Source: Candidatus Latescibacterota bacterium
Lineage (GTDB): Bacteria > Latescibacterota > UBA2968
NCBI GenBank assembly: GCA_965204375.1
Contig: OZ241986.1
Coordinates: forward strand, 6,016,001-6,080,000
DNA length: 64,000 nt
Direction of reading: 5' to 3'
Shown: one piece after another, positions 55,124 to 64,000 of the stretch
Position numbering within the stretch: the first letter of the stretch is position 1
How the letters are laid out: every line of letters begins with the position of its first letter
Notes under the pieces: model-generated
The model's database searches: none
Seen by the model: only the letters and a program-made list of their open reading frames with translations
What the model was told of the DNA's origin: nothing
Position numbers and translations under genes: made by a program

Positions 55124-56698
55124 GTGCATGTGAATCAAACGCAAGAAACTAAGCAGATTTTGTGGGCAGATGACGAGATCGATTTGTTGCGACCCCATCA
55201 AATTTTTCTCAAGGATCGGGGATATGATATAACCCCTGTGACCAATGGCGATGATGCTATTGCCATGGTTCAGAGGCATGGATTTGATGCGGTATTGCTC
55301 GATGAAATGATGGCTGGACGAGATGGGTTGTCAACTCTGGCGGCGATTAAGGATATCAATCCGCATATTCCGGTTATTATGATTACGAAAAACGAAGAAG
55401 AACGGTTGATGGAACAGGCCATTGGACAGCGGATTGACGACTATTTGACCAAGCCCGTGAATCCGAGTCAGATTTTGCTGGCGTGCAAAAAGTTGCTCGA
55501 TGCACGTCAAATTCAAAAAGACCGCATGGGGTTGGACTATGCAGCTGCATCCAACAGATTGCGCGAAGCCCTCGTACTGGCCGATTCATGGCGAGATTGG
55601 ATCGATCTTCACGTGCGGCTGTCTGAGTGGGATTTGGAATTGGATCGCTTTTACGATCCGGGCTTGCGCACTATGCACGACGATTTGCGCCGCGCCTGCA
55701 ATTTGGCGTTTGGCAAGTTTATCGAGGATAATTACAGCCAGTGGGTGCAAGACGAAGAAGATTCGCCCATGCTTTCTGTGGATATTGTATCCGAATTTGT
55801 CGCGCCCTGTGTGCAAGATGGGCAACAGGTGTTTTTTGTGGTGGTCGATTGTATGCGATTGGATCACTGGCTTGCCATTTTGCCATTGTTGTCCGATATT
55901 TTTGATATTGATCAACACTACCACTACTCTATTTTGCCGACTGCGACGCCGTATTCTCGCAATGCCATTTTCAGCGGCCTTTTTCCCGTTGATCTCGCGG
56001 GAATGTATCCCGATGAGTGGCAAGTCGCGCGTGACGACGACATGAGTCGCAACCGACACGAGCACCAATTGCTCGATCAACAGCTCGCAGAAATTGATCC
56101 GGAATTGGATCTGGATACGCGCTACGTCAAAATACTGGATATTGCAGAGGGTAACCGGCTGGCGAAGAAGGTGCATTCTTACCGGTCTTTCCCGCTTATG
56201 GCAGTTGTGGTCAATTTTTTGGATATGCTCACGCATGGCCGTTCCGAATCCGAATTGTTGCAAGAAATGGCGCCCAATGAGCCTGCTTATCGGTCTTTGA
56301 CGCGGTCGTGGTTCTCGCATTCTTCTCTTTTTGAGATGTTGCGCAAGCTGTCCGAGACCGACTCGACAGTGGTGCTGACGACAGATCACGGCTGTATGCT
56401 GAGTACGCGGGCTTCTCTGGCTTATGGCAATCGGGATACTTCGACGGGGATTCGCTTCAAATACGGCAAAAATTTGCGATGCGATAACCGCCACGCGATG
56501 CATATTCGAGATCCCGAGGCTTTTGGCCTGCCGAGTATAGGGCAAGGAACCAATTACATTATTTGCAGGGAAGATTACTTTTTTGTGTATCCCACCAATT
56601 TCAACGAGTACCAGGCCAAATACGCCAATAGTTTTCAACACGGGGGAATCTCTCTCGAAGAGTGTATTTTGCCGGTTGCTATTATGCGCGGGAAATGA
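55124..56698 (+). CDS. PorX-like response regulator (REC plus PglZ/alkaline phosphatase domain)
   Basis: ILWADDEIDLLRPH, LLDEMM, MITKNEEE, KPVNPSQILL; PglZ motifs VDCMRLD, LPTATPYSRNAIFSG, TTDHG, FQHGG; start uncertain (55124 or 55130). Confidence 0.88.
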   Translation: MHVNQTQETKQILWADDEIDLLRPHQIFLKDRGYDITPVTNGDDAIAMVQRHGFDAVLLDEMMAGRDGLSTLAAIKDINPHIPVIMITKNEEERLMEQAIGQRIDDYLTKPVNPSQILLACKKLLDARQIQKDRMGLDYAAASNRLREALVLADSWRDWIDLHVRLSEWDLELDRFYDPGLRTMHDDLRRACNLAFGKFIEDNYSQWVQDEEDSPMLSVDIVSEFVAPCVQDGQQVFFVVVDCMRLDHWLAILPLLSDIFDIDQHYHYSILPTATPYSRNAIFSGLFPVDLAGMYPDEWQVARDDDMSRNRHEHQLLDQQLAEIDPELDLDTRYVKILDIAEGNRLAKKVHSYRSFPLMAVVVNFLDMLTHGRSESELLQEMAPNEPAYRSLTRSWFSHSSLFEMLRKLSETDSTVVLTTDHGCMLSTRASLAYGNRDTSTGIRFKYGKNLRCDNRHAMHIRDPEAFGLPSIGQGTNYIICREDYFFVYPTNFNEYQAKYANSFQHGGISLEECILPVAIMRGK

Positions 56699-56783
56699 GG
56701 CGAATAGACGAATAATCCGCAGATGACGCAGATGAACACAGATAAAGGGCGAATAGACGAATCAACGAACAGACGGAACGGGT
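56699..56783 (+). repeat. Intergenic 8-/9-mer tandem repeat cluster
   Basis: (G/A)CGAATAG units flanking GCAGATGA-type units. Confidence 0.7.
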
Positions 56784-56834
56784 ATAGCAGCGGTTCGTTG
56801 ACCTATAAGAAAGGTGCATTCTGCATTTTTAACC

Positions 56835-57329
56835 ATGTCACATAGAAAGATCACACGGGTGTCTTCGTCGCCCGATCAAACACATGGGTTTGGACGCGAT
56901 CTCTCGGCTCGGCTCGAGCCGGGCGATTGCGTTGCGCTTACAGGGGATTTGGGCAGTGGCAAAACCTGTTTTGTACAGGGTGTTTGCGCGGGCTTGAATG
57001 TGACTGATTATGTGACGAGTCCGACTTTTGTTATCATCAATGAATACGCGGGGGTTTCGCCCGATGGAAAGCCGATGCCGGTGTATCACTTTGATCTTTA
57101 TCGGTTGGGCAGTCCCGACGAACTCTATGAGATTGGGTGTGATGATTTATTTTACGGCGAGGGGGTGTGTTTGATTGAGTGGGCAGATTTGGGGGGCGAT
57201 CTGATTCCCGATCATGCCATTGATGTGCATTTTTCCCATGCGGGGGAGATGGTTCGGAACCTGACGATTAAATCGCAGCCCCGTTCGGCTTCGGGCAGGA
57301 CGAGGTTGTACACCGCTTCAGAGGGGTGA
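56835..57329 (+). CDS. tsaE: t6A biosynthesis ATPase TsaE
   Basis: GDLGSGKT, VTSPTF, YHFDLYRL, LIEW. Confidence 0.93.
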   Translation: MSHRKITRVSSSPDQTHGFGRDLSARLEPGDCVALTGDLGSGKTCFVQGVCAGLNVTDYVTSPTFVIINEYAGVSPDGKPMPVYHFDLYRLGSPDELYEIGCDDLFYGEGVCLIEWADLGGDLIPDHAIDVHFSHAGEMVRNLTIKSQPRSASGRTRLYTASEG

Positions 57330-57330
57330 C

Positions 57331-58128
57331 GTGTTCCAAAGAGAATATAATCGCAGATCCATTTGGATGTGTTGGTTTACACACGGTGCGCTTGCCATGT
57401 GTGTTTGCGTTGTGGCATTTGTACCGGTTTGGGCACAGCAAGACTTACAGCCGCGGCAATTGGTTGAAGCCCCCACGGCGGGTTTGTTGCCCAGTCGCGG
57501 TTTGGGGTTGGATCTTCGGTTTTATGGAGGTGATGGGATTTTGGGCGGTGTGTCGGTCGGTTTGTTCAGCCGGGGTATGGTTGGGGTGTCTTTTGGTGGA
57601 AGCGATATTTTGGGAAACGAGGCGCTGGATTTGAACCCGCGGATCGAGTTCTCAGGTCGCGTGCGGGTAATTGAAGAGGGATATACAATTCCGGCTCTGG
57701 CAATGGGTTATACATCGCAGGGATACGGGATGTTCGATGATGAGTTGAAGCGCTATACCCGCAAGTCCAAGGGGGTTTATGTCGTTGCCAGCAAAAATTT
57801 CAAGTTGCCTTTGGGGCATACGGGTCTTCATATTGGCGCGAACCGAAGTTTTGAAGACGGCGATGACGATAGTGATTTTACAGGTTATGTCGGTGTGGAT
57901 ACAGGGCTTGGGAAATATGTGGTGGTACTGGCGGAATACGATTTTGGATTGAACGATAATTCAGACAATAGTCTGGGTTCTGGAAAGGGATTTCTCAACG
58001 CCGGGATCAGATGGACGCTGTCTGAGGCATTTGCTCTGGAATTTGATTTGAAGAATATTTTCCGCAATGGCATGCAAAATCCACATCCCGACCGGGAACT
58101 TCGCATTGCGTATTTTGGAAAGTTTTGA
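57331..58128 (+). CDS. Outer-membrane beta-barrel protein (YjbH-like)
   Basis: Signal peptide (VWA-Q), PTAGLL, PALAMG, YVVASK, NAGIRW, terminal F. Confidence 0.6.
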   Translation: MFQREYNRRSIWMCWFTHGALAMCVCVVAFVPVWAQQDLQPRQLVEAPTAGLLPSRGLGLDLRFYGGDGILGGVSVGLFSRGMVGVSFGGSDILGNEALDLNPRIEFSGRVRVIEEGYTIPALAMGYTSQGYGMFDDELKRYTRKSKGVYVVASKNFKLPLGHTGLHIGANRSFEDGDDDSDFTGYVGVDTGLGKYVVVLAEYDFGLNDNSDNSLGSGKGFLNAGIRWTLSEAFALEFDLKNIFRNGMQNPHPDRELRIAYFGKF

Positions 58129-58148
58129 TTTTTTTTGAAGCGTGAGTT

Positions 58149-58607
58149 TTACCATCCTTCCCTCATCCATTCAAACATTTTGTAGTGGTTGCCATCCATT
58201 CCCATTGCGTTATAAGTTTTTTGCGCCCGTTCGTTTTCCCGTTCGACGTAAAGCCTGAGTCCGCGCAGGTCGGCAGATTGCTCGACTGTGGTTTTTAAGT
58301 TTTCATACATCATCCGGAAAATGCCACGCCGCCGTGCGCTGGGAATTACATAGACCGAATGAATCCACAATACTGTTCCGTTGCGCCAGTCACTCCATTC
58401 GGGGACGGTGAGCAAGCAGCCGGCGACTTCACCGTCTAATTCGGCAATCCAATACGCTCCCTTGTGCGGATCGTCAAAGACGGCGTGTACGCCTTTTTCA
58501 ACGGTTGGTCGATCCAGTGTGAGATCTTCTGCTTCTTTTGCCATTCGGATTTGAAAATCTATGATATAGGGTGCATCTTTTCGTCGCCCCCGACGAATCT
58601 CTATCAT
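58149..58607 (-). CDS. GNAT family N-acetyltransferase
   Basis: EWSDWRNG, IHSVYV.P.ARRRGIF, LRLYVE..N.RA..Y; ATGA overlap with the upstream gene. Confidence 0.88.
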   Translation of the reverse strand: MIEIRRGRRKDAPYIIDFQIRMAKEAEDLTLDRPTVEKGVHAVFDDPHKGAYWIAELDGEVAGCLLTVPEWSDWRNGTVLWIHSVYVIPSARRRGIFRMMYENLKTTVEQSADLRGLRLYVERENERAQKTYNAMGMDGNHYKMFEWMREGW

Positions 58608-59341
58608 AATCCCTTCTTCCATTTGCGATACAACTCGAATGTTTCTTCATCTGGCGGATAGTATTTGCCCGGGGAGAGGTTTTCCGTGTCCAGGCGTCTT
58701 CTGATCCATTCTTCGAGGTCGTCGTATTCTATCGCTTTTTGAGCCATTTCTGGCGCGACTTTGCGCGGAATGACGACCACGCCGTCGTCGTCGGCTACGA
58801 TGTAGTCTCCCGGTCTGACGAGGACGCCATCGACCTGTACCCAGTCATTGGTCGAATATGGCGTTCCAACGCGGGTGCCGAGGTTTGATGTTTTGCCATA
58901 TCCCCACAACATTACGCCGTAGTCTTTGACGGTGTGCATGTCGCGGATGCCGCCATCGCAGATCAGTCCATCTACTTCCCGCTGTTTTAAGCGTAGAAAT
59001 TTGATGTCTCCGCCAATGGACATCAGTTTGGTGCGCATGGATTCCATGACGATGACATCGCCCGGACCGGCGAGTTCAAAGGCGGCGTATTCAGGGGATT
59101 CTTCGCCGCCCGGTTTTTCTTCGTCGGCGTCGGGGCGTGAGGGCACAAAGCGCACGGTGATTGCTCTGGCGACCAATCGCTTTCCGGGGTTCATGGTTTG
59201 CAGATTGGGCATATACGTGTATCGCGCGTCGTACCCATTGCGCGCGAGCACATCGACTACAGCGGTTGTGTTCACGCGCTTGAGTGCTTCTCGCGTCGCT
59301 TTGTCCAATACGTGATCGGGGGTGGGTTGTACAATTGCCAT
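58604..59341 (-). CDS. RraA family / HMG-CHA aldolase-like protein
   Basis: AITVRFVP, PGDVIV, GGDI, DGGIRD, VRPGDYIVADDDGVVVIP. Confidence 0.85.
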   Translation of the reverse strand: MAIVQPTPDHVLDKATREALKRVNTTAVVDVLARNGYDARYTYMPNLQTMNPGKRLVARAITVRFVPSRPDADEEKPGGEESPEYAAFELAGPGDVIVMESMRTKLMSIGGDIKFLRLKQREVDGLICDGGIRDMHTVKDYGVMLWGYGKTSNLGTRVGTPYSTNDWVQVDGVLVRPGDYIVADDDGVVVIPRKVAPEMAQKAIEYDDLEEWIRRRLDTENLSPGKYYPPDEETFELYRKWKKGL

Positions 59342-59360
59342 GTATTCTCCTGTTTTTGTT

Positions 59361-60341
59361 CTATTTGCTCTCGTTTTCGACTGCCTGGATCAATGCGATG
59401 ATGTATCCAAATTGGAATGCCCACGCCTGGGTTACGCGGCTGGAGACGCCTTCGGGGGCTGTGTCGTCGGGATGGCGTGGGGCGTGGTCGGGCATGAGCA
59501 TGTAGGGATAGCCCGCCTGGTGTAAAGCTTTTACGATTTCGTACATGTTGACGTCGCCTTCGTCTGGCCAGGTTTCGCAGAAGTCGTGCAGGCCTCCGCG
59601 GATGTTTCTAAAGTGTACGTTGAAGATTTTTTTTCTTTCTGCGAAATATTTGACGATGGGGGGGAGTTCTTCGGCCGGGTTTTCCAGTCCTTCGGCGGCT
59701 ACGCCGCAGCAAAAATTGAATCCGTGATAGGGGCTGTCAACCAGTTCGCTGAATCGCTTCAGGCCTTCAAATACGGGATAATTCCACTTTTCCACGCCGT
59801 TTAACACGGGTGCTGGCGGGTCGTTGAGATGGCAGGCCATCTGTATTTTGTATTCTTCGGCTACGGGCATTATGCGTTCGAGAAAGTATGCGGCCCGTTC
59901 GAAAGCTTCTTCCCGGCTCACGCGACCGATTTCGGTGAGGGTGTCGTTGTCGTATTCAGAGAGAACAAAAGAGCTGTACGTCGTTCCGCCTCGACCCGGC
60001 CTGCGCCCGGTGCGTTGTACAAGGCCGCCGGAAGGTGCGCGCAAGACGCAGAAGTTGTAGTTCAGACCGCGCAGTCCGGCTTTGTGCGCGTTTTCGATGT
60101 ATTGACAGAACAGGTCTATGTCTCTGTCGCGCTGCGGGTCTTTTGCCATGGGGATGCTGTCCATTGGGGGGACGTGAATCATTTCGAGTTCGACTCCGTA
60201 AGCGGCGGCTTCTTCTCTGTGCCGCGCGAGGGTGTCAGCATCCATGCCATCAACTGTGGCGTCAAAATGGGTGACGCCATGGCGAGATAGAAATTCCATT
60301 TCTATTTTTGATGTGCCGAAGTACTGTGTGCCTACGTACAT
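59361..60341 (-). CDS. uxuA: Mannonate dehydratase family protein
   Basis: YNF, YFLERIMPVAEEY...ACHLNDPP, FNFCCG, VHFRN, DEGDVNM, MPDH. Confidence 0.75.
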   Translation of the reverse strand: MYVGTQYFGTSKIEMEFLSRHGVTHFDATVDGMDADTLARHREEAAAYGVELEMIHVPPMDSIPMAKDPQRDRDIDLFCQYIENAHKAGLRGLNYNFCVLRAPSGGLVQRTGRRPGRGGTTYSSFVLSEYDNDTLTEIGRVSREEAFERAAYFLERIMPVAEEYKIQMACHLNDPPAPVLNGVEKWNYPVFEGLKRFSELVDSPYHGFNFCCGVAAEGLENPAEELPPIVKYFAERKKIFNVHFRNIRGGLHDFCETWPDEGDVNMYEIVKALHQAGYPYMLMPDHAPRHPDDTAPEGVSSRVTQAWAFQFGYIIALIQAVENESK

Positions 60342-60354
60342 GATGGATGTCCTT

Positions 60355-61473
60355 TCAAAGGAGGATTTGCGAGAGGGCGTCGTCGAGTTTTTGGACGGTG
60401 CGGTCGATGTTCTGGAGTTTGTCCAGGCCGAATAGGCCAAGGCGAAAGGTTTGAAAATCTTCTGGTTCGTCGCATTGCAAGGGTACGCCAGCGGCGATTT
60501 GAAGGCCCGCGTCCATAAATTTTTTGCCGGTGTGTATGTCGGGGTCTTCGGTGTAGCTGACTACTACTCCCGGTGCCTGGAATCCTTCTGCTGCTACGCT
60601 TTTTATGCCTTTGCTGTCCAGGAGTGCGCGAACTTTGTGGCCGAGTTCGCGTTGCTGGGCGCAAATTTTATCAAGGCCGTAATTTTCGGTTTCTTTCATT
60701 GCGTCGCGAAATACGGTGAGGGCATCTGTGGGCATGGTTGCGTGATATGCATGGCCGCCGCCTTCATAGGCTTCCATAATTTGAAGCCATTTGTGCAGGT
60801 CGCAGGCAAAACTGGTGCTGGTTGTGGATTCAATTTTTTTCAGTGCGGAAGAACTGAGCATGACGAGGCCACAACATGCAGGGGCACTCCAGCCTTTTTG
60901 TGGGGCGCTGATGAGGATATCGACACCGCAGGTTTTCATATCGACCCAGATGGTTCCCGAGGCTATGCAGTCCAATACCAGCAGGCCGCCAACAGCGTGT
61001 ATGGCATCTGCTACAGAACGGATGTAGTCGTCGGGGAGTATGATCCCGGATGCGGTTTCGACGTGTGGCGCGAAGACAAAGTCCGGTTTTTCCGATGCGA
61101 TTGTCTCTGTGACCTCTTCGATGGGCACAGGTGCATAAGGGGCGTGTTTGTCATTGCCTGTGCGCCGCGCTTTGAGGACAATGGATTGAGATGGGATGTC
61201 GCCCATTTCGAAGATTTGGGTCCAGCGATAGCTGAACCATCCATTGCGAATGACAAGGCATTTTTTATCTGTGGCAAATTGTCGCGCTACGGCTTCCATG
61301 CCATAAGTGCCACTGCCGGGTACGACGATGACCGCGCTGGCGTGATACACTTTTTTGAGTGTGGTGGAGATATCTCGCATGACGCCCTGGAATGACTGCG
61401 ACATGTGATTGAGCGCACGGTCTGTATAGACGACGGAGTATTCCAGGAGTTTATCAGGGTGCAAATCTGACAT
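60355..61473 (-). CDS. Class V PLP aminotransferase (alanine-glyoxylate/serine-pyruvate-like)
   Basis: LLEYSVVYTDRALNHMS, PGSGTYGMEA, PHVETASG, DCIASG, SAPQKG (PLP Lys). Confidence 0.9.
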   Translation of the reverse strand: MSDLHPDKLLEYSVVYTDRALNHMSQSFQGVMRDISTTLKKVYHASAVIVVPGSGTYGMEAVARQFATDKKCLVIRNGWFSYRWTQIFEMGDIPSQSIVLKARRTGNDKHAPYAPVPIEEVTETIASEKPDFVFAPHVETASGIILPDDYIRSVADAIHAVGGLLVLDCIASGTIWVDMKTCGVDILISAPQKGWSAPACCGLVMLSSSALKKIESTTSTSFACDLHKWLQIMEAYEGGGHAYHATMPTDALTVFRDAMKETENYGLDKICAQQRELGHKVRALLDSKGIKSVAAEGFQAPGVVVSYTEDPDIHTGKKFMDAGLQIAAGVPLQCDEPEDFQTFRLGLFGLDKLQNIDRTVQKLDDALSQILL

Positions 61474-61504
61474 TATTGTCCTCACAGTGAATAGATAGTT
61501 TGGT

Positions 61505-62473
61505 CTATAGTTCCACTTCGGCGATGGCTATGCCGCTTTCTCCTGCGACGGCATATAGCAAATAGATGTGGTCATTTTCTTCGAAGATTGCCGGGTCGCG
61601 CAACTGGTTGACGTGTCCATAAGCTACGCTGCGGATAGAGGGTTCCAGTGGTGCATCTGCGCCTTCCCATGGATGTTCTGGGCGCAGGATTTCTATGCTT
61701 TCTGTTTCACGCCATTTTTGCCAGTCAGCCGATAGGTCAATGGTGCTCAGCAATATGCTTTCGGGCACGTCTCCTACCTGTGTCCAGAATATATACAGTG
61801 TATTTTCGCGTTTTAACAGAGCTGCGTGGCGCATGTTTTTGTTGAATAGCAATGGGCCTTCTTCAAAGCGGGAGAATCCGTTAGCTGACCGATAAAATTG
61901 GCCCGGCATTGCCATGCCATAGACATAACCCGCGTGTCGAAAGATTCTGAGATAGCTTTTGGCAAAGGTTTCTGGGCGCGCTGTGAAGTTGATTCCATCG
62001 GGGGATGTGGCGACGCGGCTGATTTGATGTGCGAGTTTTTCAAGGCCGTGATAGTACATGATGATGGTTTGATCGGCGTGGTTGACGTGTACATCCGGTG
62101 ACGCAATATGCGGTGTGGTGGCTTCTGTCATCAGGTCGTGGGATATTTTTTGAGGGCCTTTTTCCGCGTGCCAGCGTGCTTTGATTTTCGCTATGTCTTT
62201 TTCTGATGCTGAGATTGGCTGTGTGGGAAAATAGGAGTCGGCGAGTTGCAGGGTTCCCGGTGGATGTATTTTCCATGGTCCGCACAGGTTATCTGTGTAT
62301 GCGAGGCGGATGTACCTGCCTTTGTGGTCGGCAAAGTACAGGTAATACGTTCCGAGCGGTTCGGGTACCCAGTCGGGTACGCGGATTAGCGAGGGTCCCT
62401 GGATGTTGTGTCCGATACTCGGGTGCAGATCCGGGGTGATAATGGGTGCATCGAGTAGCCGTGTGACGCGCAT
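61505..62473 (-). CDS. Hypothetical protein, glycoside-hydrolase-like beta-propeller
   Basis: GPSLI, YYLYFADH, GPWK, HIASPDV, ATSPDGINF, LRDPAIFEE. Confidence 0.65.
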   Translation of the reverse strand: MRVTRLLDAPIITPDLHPSIGHNIQGPSLIRVPDWVPEPLGTYYLYFADHKGRYIRLAYTDNLCGPWKIHPPGTLQLADSYFPTQPISASEKDIAKIKARWHAEKGPQKISHDLMTEATTPHIASPDVHVNHADQTIIMYYHGLEKLAHQISRVATSPDGINFTARPETFAKSYLRIFRHAGYVYGMAMPGQFYRSANGFSRFEEGPLLFNKNMRHAALLKRENTLYIFWTQVGDVPESILLSTIDLSADWQKWRETESIEILRPEHPWEGADAPLEPSIRSVAYGHVNQLRDPAIFEENDHIYLLYAVAGESGIAIAEVEL

Positions 62474-62599
62474 GTTATTTTCCTTGTATTTGGTTTATTG
62501 AGACACGCCCCAAAGTTGGTGGACAGGGCACAGAGACACCGATCCTACACTCTCGCCTTTCTTTTTTTCGTGTCCCTTCGTGTCCTTCGTGGATCTCAC

Positions 62600-63592
62600 C
62601 TATACCAGTCCCGGCGTAAAGAGTACCATATCGTCTTCAAAATTTCTCAAGGGCGCGATGCCGAGTTTTTTGAGTGCGTTTCGATAGATTTTGACCCCTT
62701 CTTCCGGGCTGACAAGGCCATCTGCAATATCGCGCAAGACTTCGACAAATGCTCTGGGATTTTCGGCGCCTTTGATGCGGCGGCCAAAGAGGGCGACGCG
62801 CGCGCCGTGTTTTTTGGCTTCGGATATGAGTTTGAATGAATCGTACGTGGTGCTCGTTGGTCCGCCGAGTATGCCGACGACGACTGTGGAATCGTAATTG
62901 ACGAGGCTCTCCATAGATTCTGGGCCATTGTAGGCGATTTTCAAAAATTCGGGTCGCGATGCCCGGGGTATGCCAGCGAGCATCCGGGCGATCTGGTCAT
63001 TTACGTATTTGGGGATTTCTTCTGGATTCAACCCGCAGTCTGCTACATTGGGATTAAAGACTTCGAGGAAGTATCGAAATCCTTTGCGCGTGGCTTCTGT
63101 TCTGAAGGCTTTAAACTGCATCAGTGAAAGCCAGTCTGCGTCCAGATTGTTGTTGAATGTGATGGAGTACAGGCCGAGGTCAATGTCTGGTTTCTGGTCG
63201 GGTTTGGGCAATAGTGTGCCGTATTGCGCTTCTTCTATTGTGGGTGAGGCAAAGGGGCGGGATGGCAGAGAGGTGTATTCTGCGCCTGTTGCATCCCACA
63301 GGTCGGTTGTGTCGTTGGCGCGTACAGCAGGGGTTACGGGCGATGTGTCAAAGAGCCGTTTCTCATGTGCCAGGACATCCATAGTGGAGACAGAGGTCAG
63401 TAAAACGTCGATTTTTGCTTGTTCAGTGATATCCACAAGGTCATCGTAATAGGCTTGTATAGTTGGTGTGGCATCTGTGAGTGTTGCAAGTCCTTTTGAC
63501 ATGTCGGGATCAGCGGCATACGCGATGATAAATGCATCGCTGTTGGGATTGCTGCGTATGTCGGCGAGTTTTACGTCTAATGATTTTTTCAT
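62600..63592 (-). CDS. Hypothetical TIM-barrel protein, class I aldolase-like
   Basis: RANDTTD, LGLYSITFNN, FLEVFNPN, FLKIAYNG (candidate Schiff-base Lys), GILGG, ALFGR. Confidence 0.6.
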   Translation of the reverse strand: MKKSLDVKLADIRSNPNSDAFIIAYAADPDMSKGLATLTDATPTIQAYYDDLVDITEQAKIDVLLTSVSTMDVLAHEKRLFDTSPVTPAVRANDTTDLWDATGAEYTSLPSRPFASPTIEEAQYGTLLPKPDQKPDIDLGLYSITFNNNLDADWLSLMQFKAFRTEATRKGFRYFLEVFNPNVADCGLNPEEIPKYVNDQIARMLAGIPRASRPEFLKIAYNGPESMESLVNYDSTVVVGILGGPTSTTYDSFKLISEAKKHGARVALFGRRIKGAENPRAFVEVLRDIADGLVSPEEGVKIYRNALKKLGIAPLRNFEDDMVLFTPGLV

Positions 63593-64000
63593 TTGTGTCC
63601 TTTTCCTGTTTTGTGAATTAAGATCACATCGGCTCCGATGAATTCGATTTCTGTTTTATAGGTGTTTCCCAACCATTCAAATGTCGTTTTTGAAAAGAAA
63701 CAGATGTGCGTTGGGTCTCTTTTGTAATGCCAATTTTCAAATGCGGGTTTGTCGATTGCGAGTTTGGTCATGATGCCGAGTATGCCGCCAGGTTTGACAA
63801 GGCGATAAAGTCTTTGCAATTCACGTTGGGGATTTTTCAGGTGTTCGACGACTTCTGTTGCGGTTATAAAGTCGTATTCGCGCTGGAAGACTTCGGGGTT
63901 GTGCGCGTAAAATTTGTCGTATATATCGACGGTATGTCCGCATTCTTGCAACATGAGGGATAATGTCGGTCCGGGACCGCATCCGAAATCCAGGCCGTGC
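63589..64000 (-). CDS. Class I SAM-dependent methyltransferase (5'-truncated by the window edge)
   Basis: GLDFGCGPGP, YDFITATEVVEH, KPGGILG, WHYKRDPTH. Confidence 0.85.
   Translation of the reverse strand, partial: HGLDFGCGPGPTLSLMLQECGHTVDIYDKFYAHNPEVFQREYDFITATEVVEHLKNPQRELQRLYRLVKPGGILGIMTKLAIDKPAFENWHYKRDPTHICFFSKTTFEWLGNTYKTEIEFIGADVILIHKTGKGHK

Noticed and set aside
55124-56698. BREX defence system because of the PglZ domain
   Set aside because: PglZ is fused to a receiver domain in a kinase/tsaE context, and no brxC, pglX or brxL genes are present.

Overview
Bacterial chromosomal window. The long three-domain IspG, the PorX-like regulator next to tsaE, a short RpoD-type sigma factor and a dockerin-like EF-hand module suggest an FCB-superphylum relative such as Latescibacterota or Gemmatimonadota (inference). 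From left to right it contains: (1) a heterodimeric ABC exporter, NHL protein, aldolase and MFS gene; (2) an AT-richer accessory block (about 6.7-13.8 kb) with a 1.7-kb insert bracketed by a duplicated MFS 3' end, a 109-bp MITE with a target-site duplication, sbcDC, an orphan antitoxin-like ORF and a Uma2 nuclease; (3) catabolic genes, a stand-alone HNH ORF and a sigma-70 factor; (4) two divergent ferritins next to a 15.5-kb minus-strand iron/heme uptake cluster (porin, imelysin, di-heme protein, TonB-dependent receptor, PepSY-TM, Cys-rich protein, second receptor, dockerin-tandem-HmuY, IsdG-like oxygenase, hmuTUV); (5) sucA-sucB-lpdA, an ABC-F gene with an attenuator leader, HU/IHF, tRNA(CAU), rpsU-cvpA-ispG-dnaG, and kinase-PorX-like-tsaE; (6) a terminal catabolic cluster. 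The best candidates for something new lie in the iron locus: a non-lipoprotein dockerin-tethered double-HmuY hemophore, a promoter- and terminator-defined antisense sRNA upstream of the operon, a Met-Phe mini-ORF, and a ferritin paralog lacking a site-C ligand. All product calls come from motif recognition by eye; no database searches were run.
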